Under the pieces are notes generated by a model that was not told the origin of the DNA, did not search any database, and was given only the letters and a program-made list of their open reading frames with translations. From Candidatus Kaiserbacteria bacterium (GTDB taxonomy: Bacteria > Patescibacteriota > Minisyncoccia > Phycocordibacterales > UBA2100), in contig JACRFI010000020.1 in NCBI GenBank assembly GCA_016217965.1, positions 11,550 through 75,549 of the forward strand: a stretch of 64,000 nucleotides of DNA, given 5' to 3'. A program made the translations under genes and the position numbers. This document shows positions 20,931-30,559 of this stretch, piece by piece (the first letter of the stretch is position 1; each line of letters opens with the position of its first letter).

Positions 20931-21806
20931 GTGCTGGACCATATGCAAAAACTATCGCTTCATAGGAATCCACCGACACGGATACAAAGGAGGCCGCTGC
21001 GCGGGCAGATGCCGCTTCCTATGAAACCGCGCGAGAGACTCGCGAAGAGGCGGCGCCGCGCGAGGATACGCTTAGGCGGTGGGATGCTTGTCATTAGCAT
21101 CATGATGGTCTTTGGTGCGGGATGGCTTTCCTACAATGAACGCCTCATCATCGCAGATGTTTCGGTGCAAGGGGCAAAGTCGCTTAATCCCGAGGCTGTA
21201 AAAACAGCAGTTGATTCCAATTTGCATGACGGAAAATTTCATCTATTTTCGCGAAGCAATATTTTTCTGTATCCGAAGTCCGAACTTGCAGATGCGCTGA
21301 GGACGGAACTCCCGCGAATAAAATCAGTCGCCATATCGCGTGAATCGCTCTTGGCGCAGGCAGTCATTGTCTCACTCGAAGAGCGGCAACCTAGGCACAG
21401 ATGGTGCAATGTCGAGAGCTGTTTTCTTATGGATGACGACGGGTACATTTTTGCTGATGCAGCGGGTGAGGACGTTGCGTATGAATTTCGAGGCGGACTG
21501 CTTCCAACGGAACCTCCAATTGGGCAAACACTCTTGCGCGGACATTTGAGGGACGTGCTGGAATTGTTGTCACTTCTCAAAAATGCCGGCCATACGCCAG
21601 TATCCGTTACTATTGAGAATGAGAAGGATATGTCTATTTCTCTCGAGAGCGGCTTCTATCTTAAAGTTACGTTCGCGTCAGATGCCTCGGATGTCGTAAA
21701 GAATCTTGAACTCATCCTTACTTCAGATGCCCTTCGGGAAAAGCAAAATTCGCTCGAATATGTGGATTTGCGGTTTGGGAACAGGGTGTATTATCAGTCC
21801 AAATAA
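20931..21806 (+). CDS. cell-division protein FtsQ/DivIB-like (POTRA)
   Basis: Single N-terminal TM then POTRA-like region; true start may be downstream. Confidence 0.6.
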   Translation: MLDHMQKLSLHRNPPTRIQRRPLRGQMPLPMKPRERLAKRRRRARIRLGGGMLVISIMMVFGAGWLSYNERLIIADVSVQGAKSLNPEAVKTAVDSNLHDGKFHLFSRSNIFLYPKSELADALRTELPRIKSVAISRESLLAQAVIVSLEERQPRHRWCNVESCFLMDDDGYIFADAAGEDVAYEFRGGLLPTEPPIGQTLLRGHLRDVLELLSLLKNAGHTPVSVTIENEKDMSISLESGFYLKVTFASDASDVVKNLELILTSDALREKQNSLEYVDLRFGNRVYYQSK

Positions 21807-21807
21807 T

Positions 21808-22350
21808 ATGAATGGTGACGGCGAAAAGGGCGATAAGAAAAACGGTGGGCTCGTGTCTAGCGACGAATTTAAGGCTCGTGCCAAACTAAGGGAGAAAAGA
21901 ATCAACATAGAGAAACAGGAGCGAGCCCGGGCGGAAGACAGGCAAAGAGACAACAGAGTATTGGAGCGAAACACTCAATTAATGTTGAGTAAAGCTGCCG
22001 TTGAAACGAAAGCAAGGGCAGAGACAGAAGTGTTTCTAAAAACAAATGAAAGAAAGATCAAGGCTGAAATTGATGATGCTCGGGATCAGGTTTACAAACG
22101 CGCGATAATACGCCAACTTGGAGATTCTGCGGCAAATACGAAGGCCGGGGAACGTTCACCAGTGCTGATATCCTTTTTTGGCGATGCGGATACAAGTGCT
22201 GAGGGTGCCGTAAAAAGACAGGTCCTTAAGAACTGGGTTGGTAATAAATACGCGGATGTGGATGGCGATGAGTGGCCGATGGTCTGTGACGCTAATCCCG
22301 ACTACGATCTGTTCATAGAATGGCAACCAAAAGGGAAGCGAGGCAGTTAA
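21808..22350 (+). CDS. hypothetical charged coiled-coil protein
   Basis: ATG 21808 immediately after ftsQ-like stop; K/R/E-rich. Confidence 0.45.
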   Translation: MNGDGEKGDKKNGGLVSSDEFKARAKLREKRINIEKQERARAEDRQRDNRVLERNTQLMLSKAAVETKARAETEVFLKTNERKIKAEIDDARDQVYKRAIIRQLGDSAANTKAGERSPVLISFFGDADTSAEGAVKRQVLKNWVGNKYADVDGDEWPMVCDANPDYDLFIEWQPKGKRGS

Positions 22351-22369
22351 TTTTGGTTCGTATGATACC

Positions 22370-23347
22370 GTGCGTCTGATGAAAAATTTCTGGGGTTTAC
22401 TTCCTAAACCTATTTTCGCACTCGCGCCGATGGAGGATGTGACCGATGCCGCATTTCGGCGGCTCATTGCGCGCTACGGAAAACCAGCGGTGATGTTTAC
22501 GGAATTCACGTCCGCTGATGGTCTTGTCTTGGCTCCTCCCGAAGCGCAGAAGATGCTCCGAAAGAAGTTGATATACGACGAAAGCGAGAGGCCTATCGTC
22601 GCACAATTATTCAGCGCCATTCCCGAGAGGATGGAGAGGGCAGCAGCTCTTGTGCAGGAACTAGGATTCGATGGGCTCGATATCAACATGGGGTGTCCGG
22701 TGGACGATGTTGTGAAGAGCGGGTGCGGTGCAGCGCTCATCAATGATCCTTTGCTTGCACAAGAACTCATACGTGCGGGGCGCAGGGGCGCGCCGCATCT
22801 GCCGATTTCTGTCAAAACCCGCATTGGGTATCGCGAAAACACGCTGGATACTTGGTTGCCAACTCTTCTGTCCGAAGGAATCGCTGCTATCACGATTCAC
22901 GCCCGCACTCGGAATGAAATGTCTGCGGTTCCAGCGCATTGGGATGCTGTTGCGCAGGCCGTACAGATACGCGACCGACTCCGCTCAAAAACGCTTATCC
23001 TGGGAAACGGTGATGCCCGCGACCTGGCGCACGCACAAGAACTCGCAAGAGAAAGCGGAGCAGACGGAATCATGCTCGGCCGCGCTATCTACGGGAACCC
23101 ATGGTTGTTTTCGAATCGAACTAGTCCTCCCTCTCCGCAAGAACGCATTGGTGCGCTTATTGAACACCTCGAACTCTTTGACGAACTCCTTTCGGATACG
23201 ACGCATTACGCGGTCATGAAAAAGCATTTCAAAGCCTACATTTCCGGGTGGGACGGAGCAAAAGAACTCCGAATTCATCTCATGGAGACGCAAAGCAGCA
23301 GGGAAGCAAAAACGACACTCGAACGAGCAATCTCTCATTTTTCCTGA
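22370..23347 (+). CDS. dus: tRNA-dihydrouridine synthase
   Basis: ALAPMEDVTDAAFRRL...MFTEFTSADG. Confidence 0.85.
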   Translation: MRLMKNFWGLLPKPIFALAPMEDVTDAAFRRLIARYGKPAVMFTEFTSADGLVLAPPEAQKMLRKKLIYDESERPIVAQLFSAIPERMERAAALVQELGFDGLDINMGCPVDDVVKSGCGAALINDPLLAQELIRAGRRGAPHLPISVKTRIGYRENTLDTWLPTLLSEGIAAITIHARTRNEMSAVPAHWDAVAQAVQIRDRLRSKTLILGNGDARDLAHAQELARESGADGIMLGRAIYGNPWLFSNRTSPPSPQERIGALIEHLELFDELLSDTTHYAVMKKHFKAYISGWDGAKELRIHLMETQSSREAKTTLERAISHFS

Positions 23348-24976
23348 CTATGCATCGCGATGTTTTTCGTACCATGCATCCCGTGCAGCATGGAGCTCGG
23401 CCATTTGCAGTGGCGTAAGTTTTCTGCGGCGCAGCACAACTGAATTTCGATCCTCGGCTTTGACTGGCGAGTTGGTGTTATATTCCTCTTTGATTTTGGT
23501 ATTATGCATGAGATCAAAATAAGGCGATGATTTTAGATTTTGCAGGAACTGTTTTGGAACAGGGTAGATGCGCGCAGTTCCTCCAGGTTTTAACACGCGT
23601 GCAACTTCATTAAACGCTTGCTCCAATGCTCCAGGATTATCAACAAACTTGTCGAAAACCCAGCATGACAGAATGCGATCGACGCTTTCATCTTCGCGGG
23701 GAATGCGTTGCGCGCCCCCAGGGATGAGCGTATTTTTTGACGCCCAAAATTCTTCAAGATCGGCATTGCCATACGCAATATCGGAGTAGCTCGCTCGGTT
23801 CCAATCGTAGAGCAAATCAAGTCCCGCAAACGTGAGAGATGGGTTTACTGTTCTCGCAACGTTCATAAGCGATTCCGGGTTTCTGTATGTGGTGCCGGCT
23901 CCGATGTCCAACCAAAATTCGTTATGTGCCTCTGAGATCTCTCGAGTTACCTGTTCTTGGCCGCCAAGCTCAAAAAATAAAAGATCTCTGTATTCATCCG
24001 CTACTCGCCCAGTTGTTCCTGCGTGCCGCAAATAGTCCATATCACGGAACATATCCTTCTGGTTCGCGAATATTCCAGAAACCAATTTCGTAAGTGCAAG
24101 ATTACCTCGTCGAGTGCGCGAGTCTGCGCTAGCAACATGCTGTTGCACCATTTCTCGGTTATCTGAGTAACTGGCAAGAACAGCGCGTACGCGTATGTAC
24201 TTTGGTGAGCGCAAAAGAACTGCAATTCGCGGGATTTCCGAATCGTGCGCCACAATAAAATTAACGAGCGGGGCAAGATACCTTTCGTATTGCGAGCGTG
24301 CATTTTCAATCCAATCCCCGATTGCGCCAGCTGAGAGCGCGTGTGGTTTTAAGGATTTCTGGAATAGCGTGCATTGTTCGAGCAAGCGCTCAATTATTTC
24401 TTCCCGTTCCTCTTTTACGCGTCTTTCCGCGCGTTCCTTTATTTCCGCTTTCGTTGGTTTTTTCCGTCGGGGCTGGCGAGGAGCTTTTTGGGGCTTTGGC
24501 ACTGGATGCGAGATTGTAGATTCAGAGAGAGAAGTTTGTGTGGGTTCAGATGGTGTCATTTCTGGTGTTTTTGCCGGTTCAATTGTTGTCTTTCGAACCT
24601 CTTCTTCCGGCGGAGGCTCTGCTCTTTTTGAATCAGTAGTATTTGTGTTCGGGGTTTCAGCAGCCAGGAATTGCGCATTGTATGGGTTGCATCGGAACGT
24701 ATTTCTCAGCCAATGTTCTATTCGCATGGGCCGATATCGTGATGGTTGGAAGAGCGTGACATCAGGAGCCTCGACGATTGAAGTCTCTCTATCTACATGC
24801 TGCACGGTAAAATTACCCATGTGCTTTCCGTTTTCGATGACGGTTATTGTCGCTGTCTCGATTCTCCTATACCGCATCCAGCCGACAAGTCGTCGTCTTA
24901 CCTCATTAATACCCTGATATGTTTGCGTATCGGGTGGTCTTTGTGGCGCCCCAAGGGGATCTCCGATATCAGTCAT
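23348..24976 (-). CDS. large class I SAM-dependent methyltransferase-like protein with Pro/Thr/Glu-rich N-terminal region
   Basis: LDIGAGTT (motif I), ILSCWVF, LKPGG; start set at MTDIGD to avoid overlap with dnaX. Confidence 0.55.
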   Translation of the reverse strand: MTDIGDPLGAPQRPPDTQTYQGINEVRRRLVGWMRYRRIETATITVIENGKHMGNFTVQHVDRETSIVEAPDVTLFQPSRYRPMRIEHWLRNTFRCNPYNAQFLAAETPNTNTTDSKRAEPPPEEEVRKTTIEPAKTPEMTPSEPTQTSLSESTISHPVPKPQKAPRQPRRKKPTKAEIKERAERRVKEEREEIIERLLEQCTLFQKSLKPHALSAGAIGDWIENARSQYERYLAPLVNFIVAHDSEIPRIAVLLRSPKYIRVRAVLASYSDNREMVQQHVASADSRTRRGNLALTKLVSGIFANQKDMFRDMDYLRHAGTTGRVADEYRDLLFFELGGQEQVTREISEAHNEFWLDIGAGTTYRNPESLMNVARTVNPSLTFAGLDLLYDWNRASYSDIAYGNADLEEFWASKNTLIPGGAQRIPREDESVDRILSCWVFDKFVDNPGALEQAFNEVARVLKPGGTARIYPVPKQFLQNLKSSPYFDLMHNTKIKEEYNTNSPVKAEDRNSVVLRRRKLTPLQMAELHAARDAWYEKHRDA

Positions 24977-24997
24977 TCTTGCATTATACTGTCGCTC

Positions 24998-26038
24998 ATG
25001 GTCGCGGCAAAAAAATACGGCACTCTCTATCGTGAATATCGGCCACAGACGTTCGAAGAAACGCACGGGCAAGACCACATTGTAAAGGTCCTCGAAGCGC
25101 AGATACAAGCAAAAAGACCGGCTCATGCGTACCTATTTGTCGGGAGCAGGGGGACGGGAAAGACGACCTTCGCGCGGATTCTAGCGCGAGAACTTGGGGT
25201 AACCGACAAAGACCTGTACGAAATGGATGCAGCGTCGCACACGGGGGTAGACAACATCCGCGAGCTGCGCGAAGGCGCCAACGTGATGCCGTTCGAGTCT
25301 TCGTACAAATTTTACATTATCGACGAAGCGCACATGCTCTCTAAGGGCGCATGGAATGCGTTCTTGAAAACCCTCGAAGAGCCGCCTCCTCATGTTATCT
25401 TCGTCCTCGCGACGACGGACCGGGATAAAGTGCCAGACACTATCCAATCGAGATGCGAAATATATTCTTTCAAACAACCGACGCGCGAAGTGCTTGCACA
25501 GGTCATAACTGATGTCGCGAAAAAAGAAGGATTCGCGCTCGAGGGTGCGGCATCCGAATTGGTCGCGCTTCTTGCCGAAGGTTCGTTCCGTGACGGACTT
25601 TCTATTCTGCAGAAAGTGCTTGCCGTCTCGAAAGATAAAAAGGTAAATGTATCTGAAGTAGAAGAAGTTTCCGGTGCACCGCGGGGAGAATTGGTGCGCC
25701 AGCTCTTGAAGGCAATTTCAGAGAAAAACGCGAAGGATGCGCTCAGTACAATAAAACAAGCTGTGGACGACAATCTGGATGTGCGTGTTCTTACAAAACT
25801 TCTTATACACCGCCTCCGGGTGGTGTTGTTGCTCCGCCATGCGCCGGACCTTGCGGAATCTTTTTCAAAGGAACTAACCGATGCTGACCTCGCGATGGCG
25901 AAAGAGATATCAAAAAATCCTGGTGTTACGTCCGATACGCTCCGCATGATACTAGATGCGTACGGGACGATGGCGTATGCTGCGGTCCCACACTTGCCGC
26001 TTGAATTAGCTACCATCGAAATATGCGGCAAAGAATAA
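24998..26038 (+). CDS. dnaX: DNA polymerase III subunit gamma/tau (short form)
   Basis: YRPQTFEE...GQDHIV...AYLFVGSRGTGKTT Walker A; start at MVAAKK. Confidence 0.85.
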   Translation: MVAAKKYGTLYREYRPQTFEETHGQDHIVKVLEAQIQAKRPAHAYLFVGSRGTGKTTFARILARELGVTDKDLYEMDAASHTGVDNIRELREGANVMPFESSYKFYIIDEAHMLSKGAWNAFLKTLEEPPPHVIFVLATTDRDKVPDTIQSRCEIYSFKQPTREVLAQVITDVAKKEGFALEGAASELVALLAEGSFRDGLSILQKVLAVSKDKKVNVSEVEEVSGAPRGELVRQLLKAISEKNAKDALSTIKQAVDDNLDVRVLTKLLIHRLRVVLLLRHAPDLAESFSKELTDADLAMAKEISKNPGVTSDTLRMILDAYGTMAYAAVPHLPLELATIEICGKE

Positions 26039-26808
26039 CTAAGCCCTTCAAGCGGAAAAAACAGAACACGACCTGGGGGCACGTTGCCGATTGGTATCAT
26101 CAGCACGTCACCGAAAACGAAGATACGTATCACGAGAAAGTCATCAAGCCGAATCTCATGGAGGTGTTGGGCGATCTGAAGGGCAAGCACGTTCTCGATG
26201 TCGCGTGTGGGCAGGGGATATTCTCGCGAGAAATGCACGCGCGCGGCGCGCAGGTTACGGGCATCGATATCGCGCCCGAGTTGATCGAGATCGCAAAGAA
26301 GGCCGGGCCAGCGGACATTTCGTATCGTGTTGCACCTGCCGACAGGATTGCTTTACCCGACACGTCGTTCGATGTGGCGATCTGCGTGCTTGCGCTTCAG
26401 AACATCAAGAACCTTTCGGGCACGATTGCACAGATCGCGAGTCTTTTGAAGAAAGGAGGAGAATTCGTTATCGTCCTGAATCATCCAGGGTTCCGTATCC
26501 CGCGCCGATCACAATGGGGGTATGATCCCGATACGAAAGTACAGTTCCGTCGGCTCGATGGGTACCTTTCAGAAAGTGCGCACCGGATCGAAATGCATCC
26601 TGGTTCTGAGAGGCACATCACAACAATCACGTACCATCGCCCGCTTCAATCGTATGTGTCTGCACTCGCGAACCATGGATTTTCAGTCACAGGACTCGAA
26701 GAATGGATCTCTCACAAAGAGAGCGAAAAGGGTCCGAAATCAGAAGCGGAGAACCGCGCTCGCAAAGAATTCCCGCTCTTTTTGATGCTGAGAGCGCAAA
26801 AAAATTAA
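26023..26808 (+). CDS. class I SAM-dependent methyltransferase
   Basis: VLDVACGQGIFSREM...GAQVTGIDI. Confidence 0.75.
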   Translation: MRQRITKPFKRKKQNTTWGHVADWYHQHVTENEDTYHEKVIKPNLMEVLGDLKGKHVLDVACGQGIFSREMHARGAQVTGIDIAPELIEIAKKAGPADISYRVAPADRIALPDTSFDVAICVLALQNIKNLSGTIAQIASLLKKGGEFVIVLNHPGFRIPRRSQWGYDPDTKVQFRRLDGYLSESAHRIEMHPGSERHITTITYHRPLQSYVSALANHGFSVTGLEEWISHKESEKGPKSEAENRARKEFPLFLMLRAQKN

Positions 26809-26846
26809 TTGCTGAAAGGCGTAAAATCCCGTACCATCGAGGACAT

Positions 26847-26888
26847 TGCCGGATCGCCTGCCTGCGCAGGCAGGTCTAATGGTAGAAC
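26847..26888 (+). pseudogene. 5' fragment of tRNA-Gln interrupted by 18-nt palindrome CCTGCCTGCGCAGGCAGG
   Basis: TGCCGGATCG[palindrome]TCTAATGGTAGAAC vs intact tRNA-Gln 5' TGCCGGATCGTCTAACGGTAGGAC. Confidence 0.7.
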
Positions 26889-27134
26889 ATGTGGGTAGTG
26901 TATTTTCTAAAATCTACATCGAAAAGATGGTACTACGTCGGTAGTACGAACGATTTGGAACGAAGAGTCAAACAACACGATCTCGGTCGCGTGAGATCCA
27001 CAAAAAACCACTGTCCATTTCTTCTCGTACATACTCTTGAATTTGGAAGCGAAGCGGAGGCAAGAGCGTTCGAGCGAAGAATCAAGAAGCAACGATTGCT
27101 TAAAGAGCAGATTATTCGTACTATCGAGCTGTAA
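26889..27134 (+). CDS. GIY-YIG nuclease family protein
   Basis: MWVVYFLKSTSKRWYYVGSTNDLERRVKQH; ATG abuts tRNA fragment, stop abuts intact tRNA-Gln. Confidence 0.75.
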   Translation: MWVVYFLKSTSKRWYYVGSTNDLERRVKQHDLGRVRSTKNHCPFLLVHTLEFGSEAEARAFERRIKKQRLLKEQIIRTIEL

Positions 27135-27205
27135 TGCCGGATCGTCTAACGGTAGGACAGCAGCCTTTGAAGCTGTGAATCTTGGTTCGATTCCAAGTCC
27201 GGCAA
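27135..27205 (+). tRNA. tRNA-Gln (anticodon TTG), U1:A72
   Basis: Acceptor TGCCGGA/TCCGGCA, anticodon loop CUUUGAA, T-arm CTTGGTTCGATTCCAAG. Confidence 0.8.
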
Positions 27206-27253
27206 AACGTAGCAAAGTGGCAGCACGCCCCTCTAGAGTAGTACAATGCCGCT

Positions 27254-27652
27254 ATGGGCGCGGAGCGCAAGATAAAAGTGCTCATGCTCGATGACGAGCA
27301 GTTTCTGCTCTTTGTGTACAAAACGGCTTTCGAAAAGAAAGGGTATGAAGTGACCGCGTATCATGATGTCGACAATGCCCTGAAAGCGCTAAGAGGAGGG
27401 TACGTGCCGAATGTTATTTTGTTCGATATAACGATGCCTGACAGCAGAAGTGGGTATGAATTTATAGAAACAGTGTATGCAGAAAAATTGGCAAAACACA
27501 GCCTTAAGATTGCGCTCACGAACGAAGGACAGGATGGGGAATTGAAGCGCATGGGGGAGCTCGGAGCGGACGCTCATTTTCTTAAAGCAAAATACATTCC
27601 CTCCGAGATCGAGGCGGCGGTAGCAGAAATGCTGAAAACGAAGCGCCATTAA
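27254..27652 (+). CDS. stand-alone response-regulator receiver (REC) domain protein
   Basis: KVLMLDDEQ...ILFDITMPD...K; no output domain. Confidence 0.75.
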   Translation: MGAERKIKVLMLDDEQFLLFVYKTAFEKKGYEVTAYHDVDNALKALRGGYVPNVILFDITMPDSRSGYEFIETVYAEKLAKHSLKIALTNEGQDGELKRMGELGADAHFLKAKYIPSEIEAAVAEMLKTKRH

Positions 27653-27718
27653 TTCACTCATTTCGATCTTCGTGCGGCTTTGACAATCAGAGCTATGCGC
27701 GGCATACTCGCGCGTATG

Positions 27719-28489
27719 AAAAATCTAATTGCTGGGGTTATTTTACTTGTCATTATTGTCGGTGGGGGATATTGGTACATTCAAAATCAAACAGCGCCGG
27801 CAGACACGAACATGCAGGCTGATGAAAGCGCTATGCAGCAAGATACAGATTCTTATCCGTATACATGCGACAACGGTTCGGAATTCACGATGGCACCTTC
27901 GGACAACCTGAGCACCATACAAATATCAGCAGGCTCGCAGGGAGCGTTCACTGGGACAGCAACACTCGCAAGTGTTGCATCGAATGCTGGCGCGCGTTTT
28001 GAGGGCAGCCACATGGGACAGAACATCACGTTTGTTGGTGCTGGCGAAGAAGTGCAACTGACGGTGGGCAACGCGCTCATGATCTGCAATCCAAAACCAA
28101 GCCAGGATATGGCTCCATGGAATTGGGGGGATGCTGGCGAAGGGGGTGGAGTGAAGCAAGATGTGACTGTCATTGTCGGCGAAAGTATCGTGGGGAAGTG
28201 GCAAAGCGTGGACGATGCGTCATTCGTTCGTGAATTTAAAACAGGCGGGAAAGTTTCGGACTGGTCTAATGGCAAAGTTGTCTCGACTGGCACATACACC
28301 GTTTTCTCAAGTGAAAAACCGGTGACGGTGTCTTTCCCGATCCAAGCGAATGCGGCGTATCTACAACTCACAATGCAGGGGACGCAAGCGGACAAATTGA
28401 ACTTCAAAGTGAACAAACTTACACCTGAAGAATTAGAGCTAACGTACATGGATCGCGGAGGAGTGTTGCGATTCAAAGCGGCTCAGTAA
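27719..28489 (+). CDS. membrane-anchored MliC-like (lysozyme-inhibitor-like) domain protein
   Basis: N-terminal TM; YTCDNGSEF...SGARFEGSHM...LMICN pattern resembles MliC. Confidence 0.45.
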   Translation, partial: KNLIAGVILLVIIVGGGYWYIQNQTAPADTNMQADESAMQQDTDSYPYTCDNGSEFTMAPSDNLSTIQISAGSQGAFTGTATLASVASNAGARFEGSHMGQNITFVGAGEEVQLTVGNALMICNPKPSQDMAPWNWGDAGEGGGVKQDVTVIVGESIVGKWQSVDDASFVREFKTGGKVSDWSNGKVVSTGTYTVFSSEKPVTVSFPIQANAAYLQLTMQGTQADKLNFKVNKLTPEELELTYMDRGGVLRFKAAQ

Positions 28490-28511
28490 TTCCTTTCAAA
28501 ACTCTTTTCTC

Positions 28512-28604
28512 GGCACAAGTTCGACGAGACACGCATAAAATCCTGCTGGATTTTTGCTCTGCTCGCGCCAGTCGCGCTGTGCAAGGTCTCGTCGAACTTG
28601 TGCC
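28512..28604 (+). repeat. 19-bp perfect inverted repeats with 55-nt spacer containing inner terminator-like hairpin
   Basis: GGCACAAGTTCGACGAGAC ... GTCTCGTCGAACTTGTGCC; inner AAAATCC/GGATTTTT. Confidence 0.6.
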
Positions 28605-28639
28605 TCGACGAGTTTTGAAACACACGGTATCCTCTCCTC

Positions 28640-29188
28640 ATGGCGAAAACCCCTTCCGGTTCACTTATGCAAAAAGGTGGGACAGCACCCGATTTCTCGT
28701 TATCCGGTACGGACGGGCGCACATATTCACTATCAGATTTTGCCGGCAAAGAGGGGATATTCATTTTATTCATGTGCAATCATTGCCCCTATGTGAAGGC
28801 GCGCATGGCAGAAGTAGTGGCGCTTCACCAAGAATTCGGGGACAAGATTGCATTCATCGGCGTTAACTCGAGTGACCCGGAATATCCAGGAGAAGGCATG
28901 GAGCTCATGAAGGCGTTCGCAAAGGAGCGTGGCATGGAATTCCCGTACCTTCTCGACCAGGATGGCGCGGTTGCGAAAGCGTATGGAGCGACGTGCACGC
29001 CGGATCCGTTCTTATTTACTAAAGATAGAAAACTCGTATTCCACGGCCGTCTTGTCGACGCACTAGAGCCGCAGGAAACCGTACGGGAGCGCACGATGTC
29101 GAAGGCAATGCAAACGATTCTCATAGGTGGGGAAATCGAGCAGTGGTTCAATCCATCTCTTGGCTGTTCGATAAAATTCAAAAACTGA
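28640..29188 (+). CDS. thioredoxin-fold protein (peroxiredoxin-like/redoxin family)
   Basis: FILFMCNHCPYVK CxxC-type motif, about 180 aa. Confidence 0.6.
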   Translation: MAKTPSGSLMQKGGTAPDFSLSGTDGRTYSLSDFAGKEGIFILFMCNHCPYVKARMAEVVALHQEFGDKIAFIGVNSSDPEYPGEGMELMKAFAKERGMEFPYLLDQDGAVAKAYGATCTPDPFLFTKDRKLVFHGRLVDALEPQETVRERTMSKAMQTILIGGEIEQWFNPSLGCSIKFKN

Positions 29189-29192
29189 TGCG

Positions 29193-29405
29193 CTAGGGCC
29201 TGTTGTGGCGCAGGGTGTCGAGTGCCCAGAGGTACTCGATGACAAGGAATGGTATCCATTGCCATTCGCGAATGTAGCCAAAGTAGACACTGCCAAGAAC
29301 GACGGCGACGGTGTTGATAATAAAAAACGCGATGTCGAACTGCGGCTCATGCCGCGAGACAGGTTCGTTATTTGTGATGTAGAGAAGAAAGCGCGAAAGC
29401 CACAT
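29193..29405 (-). CDS. possible small membrane protein
   Basis: Hydrophobic C-terminal 70 aa of a minus-strand ORF; weak. Confidence 0.25.
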   Translation of the reverse strand: MWLSRFLLYITNNEPVSRHEPQFDIAFFIINTVAVVLGSVYFGYIREWQWIPFLVIEYLWALDTLRHNRP

Positions 29406-29537
29406 GGTGTCATTGTATGGCACTTTTTTGTCTCGGGCTAATGGATTTTCGTGGATTGGTGGAGCATATTTGTCGGTGGAGTGTATTTTCGTGAATGATA
29501 GGTGTATTCTGGATGCGTTAGCCCTAACCAAAACGCT

Positions 29538-30158
29538 ATGACAAAAATTCTTATCGGCCTTGTTGTTGTATTGCTTCTTGCCACAGGCGGTGTGTATGTA
29601 TGGATGACGCTTCAACCGAAGCCCGAACCAACTCCTGCGCCTGTGACGACGCCGCAACCTGAGCCATTAGAGACATACGCATCTTCGACACTCGGCTTCA
29701 GCATCTGGTATCCAAAGGGATATGCGGTCAACGAATTGTATGCTTACGATCAGTTCGGTCCTGAAAAACTCATTCACGGCGTGAAATTCACCATACCTCT
29801 GACGATGGCGACTGGTACGAACCTATCCGCGAACGACACGGGCATTTCTGTCGAATGGCTTCCGCGCGCAAAGACGTGCACGGGCGACATCTACATCCCT
29901 GCGAACGTTCCGGCATTCAATCTGACCGATGGCAGCGTCAAATACTCGATAGCGACCACCACAGGTGCAGCGGCAGGGAACTTCTATGAAGAAACGGTAT
30001 ATGCCCTTTCCTCTAGCACTCCATGTACGGCAGTTCGGTACTTCATTCATTCCGGTAATATCGGCAATTATGCGACCGGCACCGTCCGCGAATTTGACCG
30101 CGCTGGCTTGGTGCGCGAATTCGACAAGATACGCCAGTCGCTCAAGTTCACGAGGTAG
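29538..30158 (+). CDS. hypothetical membrane-anchored/secreted protein
   Basis: N-terminal TM MTKILIGLVVVLLLATGG, Pro/Thr linker. Confidence 0.5.
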   Translation: MTKILIGLVVVLLLATGGVYVWMTLQPKPEPTPAPVTTPQPEPLETYASSTLGFSIWYPKGYAVNELYAYDQFGPEKLIHGVKFTIPLTMATGTNLSANDTGISVEWLPRAKTCTGDIYIPANVPAFNLTDGSVKYSIATTTGAAAGNFYEETVYALSSSTPCTAVRYFIHSGNIGNYATGTVREFDRAGLVREFDKIRQSLKFTR

Positions 30159-30202
30159 CGACGCGTGGGAAAGCAAAGCGCGACCAAAAAACAGTTATTC
30201 TC

Positions 30203-30230
30203 ATTCTAATGTTTTGCAAAACATTAGAAT
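30203..30230. promoter_or_regulatory. perfect 28-bp palindrome ATTCTAATGTTTTGCAAAACATTAGAAT (putative ArsR-family operator)
   Basis: seen in sequence 17 bp upstream of ArsR-like ORF start; degenerate copies at 30491..30516 and 30681..30698. Confidence 0.7.
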
Positions 30231-30246
30231 AAGGCAGAATGGGAAT

Positions 30247-30519
30247 ATGGCGGCAGAATATCGGCGCTTGGAACGAATCGTCAAAGGGTTCGCCAATCAT
30301 CGGCGTATCGAGATCATGCACCTCTTGAAGCGCGAACCAGAGCTGTCTGTAGAGGACATCTCAGAACGTCTCAATATTGGATATGAGAATGCGTCTGATC
30401 ATGTACGCAAACTCGCGATAGCTGGGCTCGTCATGAAGCGAAATGATGGAAGGGCGGTACGCCACAAGCTCACTGAACGGGCCAACTACGTTCTGATGTT
30501 TTGCAAAAGATTGCAATGA
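30247..30519 (+). CDS. ArsR/SmtB-family HTH transcriptional regulator
   Basis: FANHRRIEIMHLL...SVEDISERLNIGYENASDHVRKLAIAGLV. Confidence 0.7.
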   Translation: MAAEYRRLERIVKGFANHRRIEIMHLLKREPELSVEDISERLNIGYENASDHVRKLAIAGLVMKRNDGRAVRHKLTERANYVLMFCKRLQ

Positions 30520-30559
30520 GGAAAGCAGGAAGAAATGGCGCGAGTGGAGACGTTCTGTT

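Noticed and set aside
28483-28866. ORFs 28483..28779(-), 28554..28796(+), 28579..28866(+)
   Set aside because: They overlap the long inverted-repeat element and the start of the thioredoxin-fold gene; inverted repeats create mirrored open frames.
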